From the NCBI RefSeq assembly GCF_009914755.1, contig NC_060939.1: a stretch of DNA of 64,000 bases. One strand, given 5' to 3'. This DNA comes from the human T2T-CHM13v2.0 reference genome, Homo sapiens. Position 1 is the first letter of the stretch, and each line of letters opens with the position of its first letter. The notes under the pieces were generated by a model. The model saw only the letters and a program-made list of their open reading frames with translations, was not told where the DNA came from and did not search any database. Shown here piece by piece: positions 24,436-36,880 of the stretch. A program made the translations under genes and the position numbers.

Positions 24436-25540
24436 TAGCCCATTAGGCAACCTGGAAAAGACAGGGTCACCTCATGAAATCATTATTGGTCTCAGTCTCC
24501 CACTCAGTACTGGTTTTGCACTACTCACTCCCATCAATGCTGTTCATAAAGTAAATTTTTCTATGATCCCCAGTCTCCCATAATTTTCCATGGTTTGCTA
24601 ACTGTATGCCTCTAAACAGGTGGAAACTAGTGCCATGCCAGGGGTGGGAGAGGAGGAAGAAAAGAAAATTACTGCACCTGGATAAGAGATAGTATGATCT
24701 CATCCAAACATCCTTTAAGGCTCAGTTCAAATCTTACCTTCTTTCGGAGCCTTCCCGATGGTCCCAAAGCACATACTCTTGACTACTTTGCCCAAGACCT
24801 ACCAGGTTTTTGTTAGCAGACAGCTGGGATTCCTCCATCCTCCGCTCCAAAATGCTTTCAAATGCTAAGCCTCATCTACCCTGAGACTGGCCAGTCCCCT
24901 GGCAGTGCAACCATTGCACAGATACGAGCATAATCTATGGCCACTGTTCAATTTAGAGCTTGTTAGTAGTGAAGACATTTTTCTGATAACATTTTTTAAA
25001 ACCATCTAGTTATTTGTATGTTTTCAAGGAGTTGTATGTTTATTTTTCTTGGTTGCTTAAATTCAATTGTTCCTATTTATCTTACAGAAAGACTAAATAT
25101 TTTAAAATTTAGAATGACATAGCTGATATGGCCTAAATTCTTTTGCCTTGCCAGGTTGTTATTTTTTTAAATAAGGATACAGTTCGCAAATTTATTTTGG
25201 AAAGGCCAGTTGCCTCAGAAAGTAATTCTCTGGCAAAGTGGATTTATAAAACCTCTATTATTTTTAGGCTATCTAATCCTTTTTCCAATACTCTAATGGT
25301 CATATGCACAAAAACAGAAAAATAAACAGGCCTGAGACATGTCAAAAATAAAACTTAAGATTTCAAGCTTTTAGAGATTGTCTACCTTCTCACTGGTGTT
25401 TTGAAAAAGTTTTAATTTGAGAAAGAAAAATAATTCATCACCAGCGATACTTTGAATTCATGCAGGAATTTTTTATATAGTGCGCAAATAACTTTTCATT
25501 TCGTTTCAAGATAAGTAAAATAAATAGTTGTTGATGATTA

Positions 25541-25660
25541 TGATAATATTACTATTAATAATATTAATAATTATTAATTAATATTAATATTAATTATTAT
25601 TAATAATTAATAATATTAGTATTAATATTAATTATTATTAATAATTAATAATATTAATAT
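25541..25660. repeat. A/T-only low-complexity tract with an exact 37-bp tandem duplication
   Basis: tattaatattaattattattaataattaataatatta at 25582-25618 and 25620-25656. Confidence 0.9.
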
Positions 25661-25850
25661 AGCAAATATTTCTTACTGTTATGTGTCAGACATTTTACAC
25701 ATATCATCACATTTAATCCTCCCAGAAAAGCTGTTTTAATCAACCACAAAAGAAGGAACTGCGATTTAGAGAGACAGAATAACGTGTTGCAATTACACAG
25801 AGGTGATGGAGGGTTGAACCCCGGATGTGTGCCTCTAACCTTAAACAATG
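25660..25850 (-). mobile_element. MIR SINE
   Basis: 'tatgtgtcag...tttacacatatcatcacatttaatcctc...ttgaacccc'. Confidence 0.65.
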
Positions 25851-25968
25851 TGCTGTGCTGACGATGCCAGGAAGTCTTATGATCAGGGCTGGGGATTGTG
25901 GCCTGCAGCAAAGCCTATGATAGGCCATATCAGCTATGTCAGGCTCCCTTTCCACCTGACCTCACATC

Positions 25969-26390
25969 TGCTGTGGTTTGGATATGGCTTGTGTTTGGAC
26001 CCATCAAATTTCATGTAGGAATTTGATCTGTGTTGGAGGTGGGGCCTGGCGGGAGGTGTTTGGGTCATGGAGGTAGCTCCTTCATGCATGAATGGCTTGG
26101 TGCCATCCTTGTAGTAACGAATGAGTTCTTGAGAGTTCCATCAAGAGCCAGTTGTTAAAAAGAGCCTGGCACAGCTCTCCTGATTCTCACCTCCTGCCCT
26201 GTGATCTCTGCAGGCCACCTCCCCTTCACCTTCCACCATGAGTGGAAGCGGACTAAAGCCCTCACCAGATGCAGATACTGAAGCCTTGCTTCTTGTACAG
26301 CTGAAAAAGGGCGAGCCAAATGAGCTTCTTTTCTTTATAAATTACACAGCCTCAGGTATTCCTTTATAACAACACAAACAGACTAAGATA
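25969..26390 (+). mobile_element. MaLR solo LTR (MSTB-like)
   Basis: Starts 'tgctgtggtttggatatgg', ends 'aattacacagcctcaggtattcctttataacaacacaaacagactaagata'; TSD acatc/ccatc. Confidence 0.92.
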
Positions 26391-26762
26391 CCATCAAAGG
26401 CTAAGGGTTGCCAGACTATAGCCTACCTTGCTCACATCCTTCCAGGACAGGGTTAGAGCTGTGATGCCATTCATATACATCTCTCTTTGCAGCCAGATAC
26501 ACCTGTGAGACTGTACTCATTATTTCATTTCCAGTTGTTAGAATTAGAACTTCTTTTTCCAGACATGAATTGAATATGAAATGTTGTGTCTTAAGGCCAA
26601 AACTGATTCACTCCTAACAAAGACTGTACCACTCATTCATATCCAATTTAACCGTCTCTTAATTTGGCCTCTGCAAAATCACAGGGTTTGGAGTTCTTGT
26701 AAAGGGGCTATTAGATTCATTCCATCAATGCCAGTAGAAGGTAGAAGTGATCCAACTAGTTA

Positions 26763-27122
<360 letters not shown>

Positions 27123-28244
27123 TTATATTTACCATAACGAACATTATTCTTAAAGTACAAATTTACAATTTTGTCCATATACGTAGTCATTCAGTAGCTG
27201 TTTATTTCTACCCCAGACAAAAAAAAAAAGACATAATACATTAGGCGTATTGTATGCATGTCACAAAATCTTTCAAGTTTGTGCATTTCCCTGGCTTCTG
27301 GCATAAGACATGCTCAGGTGAAATCTTTCCCCTCAGTGCAATCTTGTAAACAAGTGGGAGAATTATCGGTCTCACCACTAAACACCAGTTTTGTAGTTTA
27401 GGCTTGCAGACAACACCTGCTCCCTAAATACAAGTTTGTTGAAATGATGGAAGCCACCAGTGAATTTCAAAATCTATTGTTTCCAAAATATCTTTGGAAT
27501 GTAACATGCTTTTAGTTTAATAATAATCACGTAGACTCTTGGACTCAATACCATGTTTGAAGAAATACTTAAGTGGTGATAACAGGTATCAGGACCCACA
27601 ACATCGACTCACACCCTGATTTGTTTGTCTTTGATGTAGCCATTTTAAAAGCCATCTAATCATTAAGAGCTCTACTAGGCAGAAATGGGAGTTGCCGGTC
27701 ATGAATGCTTCTTGTGGCTTCTCCATGTGGGCAGAGCTTATTGGGCCTACTCAAGTCCAGATAAAATGGATTTATTTTTCCCAAGCAGATCTTACTTATT
27801 TCTGGCTGTGGATTTCCTCCTACATACCTGTGGAATCTCTTTGGAAATTTTGCAGGGCTCTTCTGGTCTGTACACATAGAAAGGGGAGGACAGGGAAAGA
27901 ACTGCACACTCCACGTTAGAGAGGAAGCGCTGGGAGGACAGGAAACTGGAGAAGGCCACCAGATAGATGTCTGCCCACCTGCCCCCTGGGACTCAGATCC
28001 AGGAGAGACAGAACCACGAGTCCAGAAATAGCCCTGGACTGCAGTTGCGGCTGTCTTCACTTTACAGGTGAGGAAATACAGGCTGTGAGAACAGGCTTCC
28101 TGCTGTGGCTTCACCAGAGTTTGGTTCCCTGGGTTTTGCGTCCAGCACATCATTCATAACAGCATCCAGCAGATCCAGATCTTCAGAGCTCGGAAGAATT
28201 CCCAAAGGGGGCCATGGAAGCCCTACAATTAATTCCCACATTTC

Positions 28245-28562
<318 letters not shown>

Positions 28563-28806
28563 TCAAAAAGCCTAAGAAGCCCCAGATTTACCATCAATTA
28601 AGCCACACGGTGTACTTAATACATGCAGTGGGGGTATTCTTCAATTAGTGATATTCATGGGGAGTCAGAGGCAGATAATTAAAGAGGCTCTTGATTTGAA
28701 AAATAAAAAGTCAGGAAGACTTGCACCAGAGCATACAACATGCTCTGAATGTCTGCAGAGAACATGTGCTCCCACACACATATTTGACATAGCTACATGG
28801 GTTGGA

Positions 28807-28864
28807 TGTGTGTGTCTGTGTGTGTTTGTGTGTGTGCCTGCACGCGCACACACACATGCATGCG
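28807..28864. repeat. (TG)n followed by (CA)n
   Basis: Read directly from the sequence. Confidence 0.85.
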
Positions 28865-30526
28865 CCAACTTAGGTCTGTGTGGCTGCAGCCACACCCTTC
28901 AAGAAAAATATCTGCATATGTTTGACTAAGGCCATTGACTCTCAGATTTCCATAAAAGGACCTCAACAGAAATAAAAGATAAGGGAAGGGGAGAAAAAGG
29001 AGAAAGAAAAATAAAGAAGGTCTAAGAATTATTCAGGCACTTGCTTCTCTTTAGCTTTATGACACCTGACTCCCCACTAACCTGATAAAATACTGAAACT
29101 TAATTGCCAAGTAATGAGATTTAGTATGGGGCTGGAGGAAATGGTTTCCCATTGTAAATGGGAAAGAAAAAGAAATCAGTTGTTCTTCTTCAATAAAGGA
29201 TATACACAAAGAGGGAAGTCCTACGCATTCCAGATTGGCCAGTTCTACAGAAGCAGCGTGCTGATTCCCAGAAGGAAGACGAATTGGGAAATGGGGCACA
29301 TGATCTGGATGTTTGCTGATGGTTCTTTATCTACAGTATCAACAAATGTGATCTCTTGTAATCAGCATGTGCTCTGACTCAGGGATTGCTTGGCACAGGA
29401 GAGATCTTAAAGCTGACTCCCAGTGCCACCGGCTCTCCAGCAAGTCCCGCATTCCACTGGCATGGTGCTCCCGAGCAGATGGGCACGAAATCATCCTGCC
29501 AGGAAAACAGTATGTGCATCGTGTTCGTAGTTTAGGGGGTGGCTTACCATCCCAGAATTCCAGCTGAGAAGTTTGGATCATATAGCTCCAAGTGTGGAAA
29601 AAAATATATAGCTACTCTGACTCTTCCCATCTTTTTTTTATTTTTCTAGGTTTTATTTATAAGTAGAAAAAAAACAACTTTATTGAGGAAATTGCAATAA
29701 AAATAATTGATGCTTAAAACTTGACTGTTAGAATTTAATTTTCCAGATACCTTTTCTCATTGCCAAAGAACCACTTTTTCCAAAGGCGTATTTTTCAGAG
29801 ACTCAGTAGATGGCAAAAATAAACAGCTAGGGAGGCTGGTGGAGGGACAGCGGGTGGAAGGAGGATACATACTTGCTCTCTGTCTCACAGCATTCTGAGG
29901 CTCAGGGGATGCATTTTAAAAGCCACTGAAAGACACTGATCTCGATCAAAATGAAAATATTCCTTTCAAGGATATCCATTTACATTCTTATCAAGCATTT
30001 CTACCTAATGGGAATAAAGGTATAGTTAAGGAAGCTTGTAGATATTACATAAATAATTAGTTCTTGAGCTGGGTCAGATGTTCTAGTGGGGTATAGAAGT
30101 AAGATGAGAATTGTGTGGCCCCCATTTCCCTGACAGCGGACCCAGCTCCTGTTGGACTTTAACGGCATCAGCCGAACCCCTAATCAACCCTAAGGATCCA
30201 CAGACGAAGCCCCGAGGAACATTCTTAGCAGGCGGTGGACCACTAGCTTCTATCTCAACATAGGATGTTATGAGACAATGAAACAAAGACCAGATGCCCT
30301 GTCACATCACAGCTCCCCAAACTCTGGGCTCTTCTCACCAACCCCGAATTGACTGTAGACTTTAGAGGTTGCCTACGGAGCCCAGAGGATGCAAACAGTC
30401 CACAAATGTCTTTCTTCTGGCTCTCACCATGGTTCATATAAATATAGTATAATTATAATATAATACAGTATAACATAATATAATGTAATATAGTATAACA
30501 TAATACTATGTGTAAAAATACACATT

Positions 30527-30970
30527 AGATTACAATGGGATTATGTTCTGATAACCCCACTGTAAGTTGAAAATATTGTAAATTAAAAATGCATAACACA
30601 CTAAACCCACCAAACATCATGGCTTAGCTTAATCTACATTAAACATGCTCAGAACACTTACGTTAGCCTACAGTTGGGCAAAACCCAACTGTTCATTTTA
30701 TAATACAGTGTTGAAGATCTCTCATAATTTACTGAATACAGTACACTGTAGAGTACAGTATGGGTTGTTCACCCTCCTGTGTGGCTCACCGGGGAGCTGT
30801 GCTCACGGCCACTGCCCAGCATCACAAGAGAGCATCACACTACATTTCACTAGCCCAGGAAAAGATCAAAATTCAAAATTCAAAGTGCAGTGTCTACTGA
30901 ACGCATATCACATTCACATCATCGGAAAGTTGAAAATTCAAAAGTTGAACCCTATTTCAGGAATCATTTG
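30527..30970 (+). mobile_element. MER47 (MER47B-like, TcMar-Tigger DNA transposon)
   Basis: 'aaacatgctcagaacacttacgttagcctacagttgggcaaaa' and 'ctagcccaggaaaagatcaaaattcaaaattcaaagt'; ends ...tg|TA. Confidence 0.85.
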
Positions 30971-31109
30971 TACATAAAATAAGTACATATATTATATGTA
31001 GATATACACCTATACTTTATTTAAAAATTACAGATAATCTACGAAGTCAGGGCCCCGATTTCCCAATGCAAACATCAGACAGCGGCATGGCTACTCTTTC
31101 CGATATACA

Positions 31110-31245
31110 AACACTCAGTTTTACCTCATCAAGGTAGGTACACTGGTTGCTTTTGTGAGGATTAAATGAAATTCTAGATATCATCCTGTATGTAAATGCA
31201 CCTAGCACATAGTAGGTGTGCAATAAATGGCAGCTATTATCATTT
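31110..31245 (+). mobile_element. MIR SINE 3' part
   Basis: 'ttgtgaggattaaatga...gcacatagtaggtgtgcaataaatggcagctatt'. Confidence 0.75.
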
Positions 31246-31853
31246 ATTTATTTGCCCAACCAGAGTCCTTTAAAGATTCACTTGAGAATTTACATCGCTC
31301 ACATGGCATACACTACATATGGTATGAGTGTGTTTAGCCAAACAATTTTTCAGTCTAGGAAAATAGAACATACGTGAACTTTTAGAGGAGAAATTAATGA
31401 CTGTATTTGGAAATCATTTCCTGAGGTTTCATGAAAGAAAAATATGGAGGATGGAAGTTACATGGGAGCCATTGACATTGTCTTAGAATGTGTGCTAGAG
31501 GTGAGTCCAGCAGCTGTGTTTACTGCCAGAGCTTTCAAGAGCTTAGCCCAGGCCTGGGTGGAATGGAAATGCTAAACAAGATGCCCAAACAGTAGAGGGC
31601 GTGGTGCAAGGGGAGCCATGGAAGGCATGGCCACAGTGAAAGAGTGCAATTAGGTGCAAGGGCCTGGCAGTAGGAATGGCCAAACTGAATGATTAAGGCT
31701 AAAAATGTATCCAACCCACCAAGAAGCCACACAGCGACCAAAAGCTATTATCTCAGCATGAAAGCCATGCAATGAAGGGTCTATCACCCTGCTTATACAT
31801 ATTCAGCCAACTCAAATACTTTTTAGATACAGGCAAGAAGATAAAAAATGAAT

Positions 31854-32133
31854 CTCACCTATAATCCCAGCACTTTAGGAGGCTAAGGCAAGAGGATGGT
31901 TTGAGGCCAGGAGTTTAAGACCAGCCTGGGCAACATAGCGAGACCCCCACCTCTATAAAAAAATTTAAAAATTTGCCAGGTAAAATGGTGTATGCCTGGA
32001 GTCCTAGCTATTCAGGAGGCTGAGGTGGGAGGAGCGCTTGAGTCCAAGAGTTTGAGGCTGCAGTGAGCCATGATTGCACCACTGCACTCTAGCCTAGGTG
32101 ACAGAACAAGACCTTATCTCTGAAAAAAAAAAA
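31854..32133 (+). mobile_element. AluJ, slightly 5'-truncated
   Basis: 'ttgaggccaggagtttaagaccagcctgggcaacatagcgagacc' and 'gagtttgaggctgcagtgagccatg'. Confidence 0.93.
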
Positions 32134-32998
32134 TCTGAAAGAAAACTAAACACATAACTATTAAAACTATCTCCACATATAGCTATTTTCTAAAACTCCC
32201 GAAGTGAAGCAGTAAAATATGTATAACTTGTAAGTTAAATGTACATGTATATGTTTGTTTCTATACATATAAATATATTCAGTATTTATTAAATGTAGAG
32301 AAGTCAGGCATTAAAAACACAAAACCAGGAAGGGGTGATTCCTTTGCAGGTCCTCAAAGATTATTTGTTCCTTAAACAAAGAAGATTCAGTAATGGGCTG
32401 TCTGATTGAAGACCAAACGTGAAGTGAATTTTCTTAGTTTTCTCTCAGACAGTGGTAAATTCCTTACAGAAACCCCACTGGAGGCTCTGAGAAAGAGAGT
32501 CGCAGTTGAGAGCTGGGTGCAGGTGACATGGCGAATGGCAAGGAAGTGGAAAGGAGTAGCAAGTTCTTTCCAGGAAACTAGAAAGGAAACTCAAGTTGGG
32601 CTCCCCTTGAGTTTTACCTCCTCCTGAGCATCTGTGTCCCTGACACCCCCACTCCAAGCACTATCACCTTCCCACCACCCGGGGGCTTGATCAGCTGCAA
32701 CTTCTTCCTTTCCCAACCTAAGACACATTGGTTGTGGGCATTGACTCCTACAAGCTTTCAAGTTACTCATCCCACTGTCTTTAGCTGAATGCAGTATCAC
32801 ACCATGGTGAAACCTAGCGGGACAGCAACTGCAGGACCCAGAAATCAGTCCCTCAGTCTGAGTTGTCTGCTGAGACATCAGGAAACAGGATACGGTATTA
32901 TAGGTTCAGCAGAGAAAGGGAAATTATGATACTAAATTGCACTGTAAACTTTATAGTTTCTATCTTGCTTTCTCAGTAGATGGGAAGTCTTAATTATT

Positions 32999-33314
32999 AT
33001 TTATTTATTTTTATTTTTATTTTTATTTTTTTGAGACAGAGTCTTGCTCTGTTGCCCAGGCTGGAGTGCAGTGGCACGATCTCCGCCCACTGCAACCTCT
33101 GCCTCCCGGGTTCAAAGTAATTCTCTGACTCAGCCTCTCAAGTAGCTGGGATTCCAGGTGCCCACCAACACGCCCGACTAATTTTTTTTGTATTTTTAAT
33201 AAAGACGGGGTTTCACCATCTTGGCCAGGCTGGTCTTGAACTCCTGACCTTGTGATCCCCCCGCCTTGGCCTCCCAAAGTGCTGGGATTACAGGCGTGAG
33301 CCACCGGGCCCTGC
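32999..33314 (-). mobile_element. AluS with (TTTTTA)n tail
   Basis: Perfect 18-bp TSD tgggaagtcttaattatt at 32981-32998 and 33315-33332. Confidence 0.95.
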
Positions 33315-33569
33315 TGGGAAGTCTTAATTATTTTATGTTTCTAAACCTATTGCAATTCCATAATATGTGCTTGATGAGATGTTTTCTGTGTTTTTGCAAA
33401 TACAATTTGGGAGACTCTGGGTCCTTTCTTTTAGACAGCATGCAGCCATGCCATGCATGTTCCTTCTCAGCTCTTTTGAGCTGAGATCCTCTTGATCTGA
33501 TGGATCCTCTTGCCCTGATTCAACTGTAATTGTTGCAATAACCCTGGCCCTATATGTCAGAGAATATAT

Positions 33570-34676
33570 AGTCTTCTCTGACTATATGTTCACCCTAGGT
33601 GGTGTCATTCAGTTCCTTGGCCCTAACCACCATTCATCTGCTTCTGACTCCCAAAGTTTATCTCCAGGCTTTGCCTTTCCACTGAGCTCTAGACTCCTGT
33701 ATCCAACTGCCTACTGGACATCTTTACCTAGATCCCAAATATATATCCTTGAACTTAACTGGCTAAATCAGATCTCATGATTTCCTAATCCCAAACTTCC
33801 ACTCTCCCCCACGTTAGTGTAAGATGGTGTACTAGGTATACTTAGTTTATGACTGTAGCCAAAAACCTAGAGGAGTCTGATTCTCCTCTTTCCCACACTG
33901 CCAACATTAAATCCTTCAAAAAGTCCTTTTGTCTCCTTCACCACTTCTCTCTGCCTCTACTGCTACAACCTTCATCCACAGAACCGCTATCTCTTGCCTG
34001 GACTCCTGAAATAGCGTCCTAGCTAGTCTCCCTGCTGCCATTTTTGTTATTCCAGAAGCCATGCCCCACATGACAGCCAGAGTGGTCTTTAAACCGTACA
34101 AATAAGACCATGTCACTCCCCAGCTTTAAAATCTCCCTCAACTTCCTAATGCATTTGCCAGGAAATCCAAACTCTTTGTCCTGGTCCTACATGATCTAGC
34201 CCCTGCTTACCTAATCTCATCTTACTCTGCTCTTCTCACCATGACCCAGCTACCACAGTTGTTTCTATGTTCTCTAAACATGGAAAGTTTATTTGTATCT
34301 TAGGCTTCTAAAACCTGCTGTTCACTTCTACCTGAAATTCTCTATTCCCTTACTTTCACACCAGCTTTTTTATATAACTCAGGTTTCAGCTCAGATTCCA
34401 CATTCACAGAGAGATATTCCTGGCCACCTAAATAACACACACACACACACATGCACACACAATATATATTTTTAATTGCTGAAACTCTTACCACTCTCTA
34501 AGATTACCTTGCTCTTTTATTTGTGTATGTTTGTTTATTTCACCTCACTCCCTTTTAGAATATGAGCTTTCCCTTTTAGAGTAGCTTAGTGTATCGTATT
34601 TATCAGTGTGTCCCACAGCCCAGGACAACACCTGTCCTATAACAGGTGACCCATAAGTCACCTGTTGAATGAATAA
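33570..34676 (+). mobile_element. L2 (L2a-like) 3' portion of about 1.1 kb with an internal (CA)n
   Basis: 'tatccaactgcctactggacatct', 'tctcttgcctggact', 'cagccagagtggtctttaaa', ending 'tgttgaatgaat'. Confidence 0.85.
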
Positions 34677-35734
34677 TCTGCATACGACCATCATACTGGC
34701 CCTAATCTGAAGATGGTGCCAGTGGCAGAGAAAACATAAGCTCTTATCCCATTCATCACAGTCTGCTTGACCTTAGGCAAATTATTTAACTGATCCTGAC
34801 CTTGAATGCAAAATTTAGGAAGAAAGCTGAATACAGTACTTTTGATGACATTGTAAAGCAACTCTTCAAGTAGAAGAAATAACAGAGGTAGAAGACTAAG
34901 AACCGGGGTTTTGGAAAAGGGAAATGTCGAGGAGCGGGAGCGTAGAGTTCAATATCTTGGGAGTAAAACTGTTGTTATATAGGAGTTGGGAAAGATGTGA
35001 AGATAAAAGCCGCTACAGCTTAAGAAATGGTAGAAACTTGCAGTTATGATGTAAGAGGGATTTACCACTTGACATTTGGAAATGCTTTCTGTATCCCTCT
35101 TACTTCCCTTAGTATAGAATACCCCTTGCCCGTTACATCTATGAAGCAGAACACAATGACTCACTCCACAACAAGCACCAAAAGACATGACATGTATTTT
35201 CTATATCCGTGGTTCTGAGAGGAGGCAAAGGACCTCACAGGATGTGCAGAAGGAATATTAGAACTGCTATTAATATTGTTTTTCATCTTATTTCAATGAT
35301 TATTTTGTCTGTTTTATGCACGAAATGTCTTATTATGTAACATTTGTATAACCCATAAATGCATATACATAAAGCAAGACTACATGTGTGGCTTTTCTTC
35401 TTACTGATAACAATATTTGGTCAAAGTTTTAGACATAACTGCTTTTAATGACCCATGTAGCTCTATATTTCACCTTATAGTTTCATCACCTTTTTAAAAC
35501 TGTGTGGATAGATTACATTTCTACCACCAAACTATGCATTTATTAAGGGTAGGGTCCGTGTCTCCACAGTGACCAGCAGTGTGCCTTACAGTCTGTTCTG
35601 ACCACGGGGCTAGATGAGTGTCAACTGCCTGAAAACAGAAAGAAGCAAGTCTGACACTGCCCACGCTACAAGAGGGAGAAATGGGGATGTTGAGTTTGTT
35701 CCCTTTCTCCTTCCTTCAAGAAAAGGGGAGAAGA

Positions 35735-36069
<335 letters not shown>

Positions 36070-36198
36070 TTATGTTGAGATTGGGAAATGCTTTTCTGTT
36101 TCAAAAATCTCATGAGGAAATCATGTAATTTTGGTCTTTCAAAGAGGAAGAAACCAAGAATATGGACCAAAAGAACTAAAATGCTTGCCAGTTATAAA

Positions 36199-36410
36199 AT
36201 CATCATCATCATCACTATCATCATTTTTACAATCATTATATATGTATATGTGTGAGTACAAGTATATACATGTATGTTTTATATAATACATACATCCCTT
36301 TCTCTATATATATCCTGTATGTCATATATACACACATATGTGTATGTTTTACTTTGTTCGTATTTATATATATCGTATGCATTTACATATATCCTATATT
36401 ATATACATAC
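36199..36410. repeat. (CAT)n followed by degenerate (TA/TG)-rich low complexity
   Basis: Read directly from the sequence. Confidence 0.75.
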
Positions 36411-36489
36411 ACCGAAAAAAAGACAAATGACTGATAGTCTGGCTGTCTTTCAGAGTCACAACAATACGGAATTTTCTAAGTCAGCGTAG

Positions 36490-36880
36490 AAGGCATATGT
36501 GATGTCACTACAGCTTTGATAATATAAAACCCTCTGTCTATAAAAGCCCTTTGATCTACCTTCATCTGTGCTCCAGGTACTGCTGGTTTAATTGCCATAA
36601 TGTAAATATAAATTAATGAGTAGTTTTTTCAATCATCATTTTATGGATTGTAGAAATGGGTAAAGCATTTCTTTTGCAGATCCATAATTATTTAATGATA
36701 TCTACGTAAAGGCTTTTAATTATATGGGAATAGTAATAATAATTATAAAGGCCCGCAGTCAGCTGATAAAATACATATTGTTCCAGAAAAATATATTATG
36801 TCTATTAAAAATGAATCATTTCCGCCAGTGAATGGCTCATATGTCATTTCTTAACAATTAAAACGTGCAGTTTTCAGTTT
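36490..36880. promoter_or_regulatory. Putative developmental enhancer (TCF/LEF and CDX/HOX motifs)
   Basis: CTTTGAT 36514, CCTTTGATC 36548, TAATTG 36589, TTTTATGG 36639, in repeat-free sequence. Confidence 0.35.

Noticed and set aside
27656-28153. Longest ORF in the track (165 aa, minus strand)
   Set aside because: No recognisable domain, partly MIR-like sequence and no supporting gene structure; consistent with chance.
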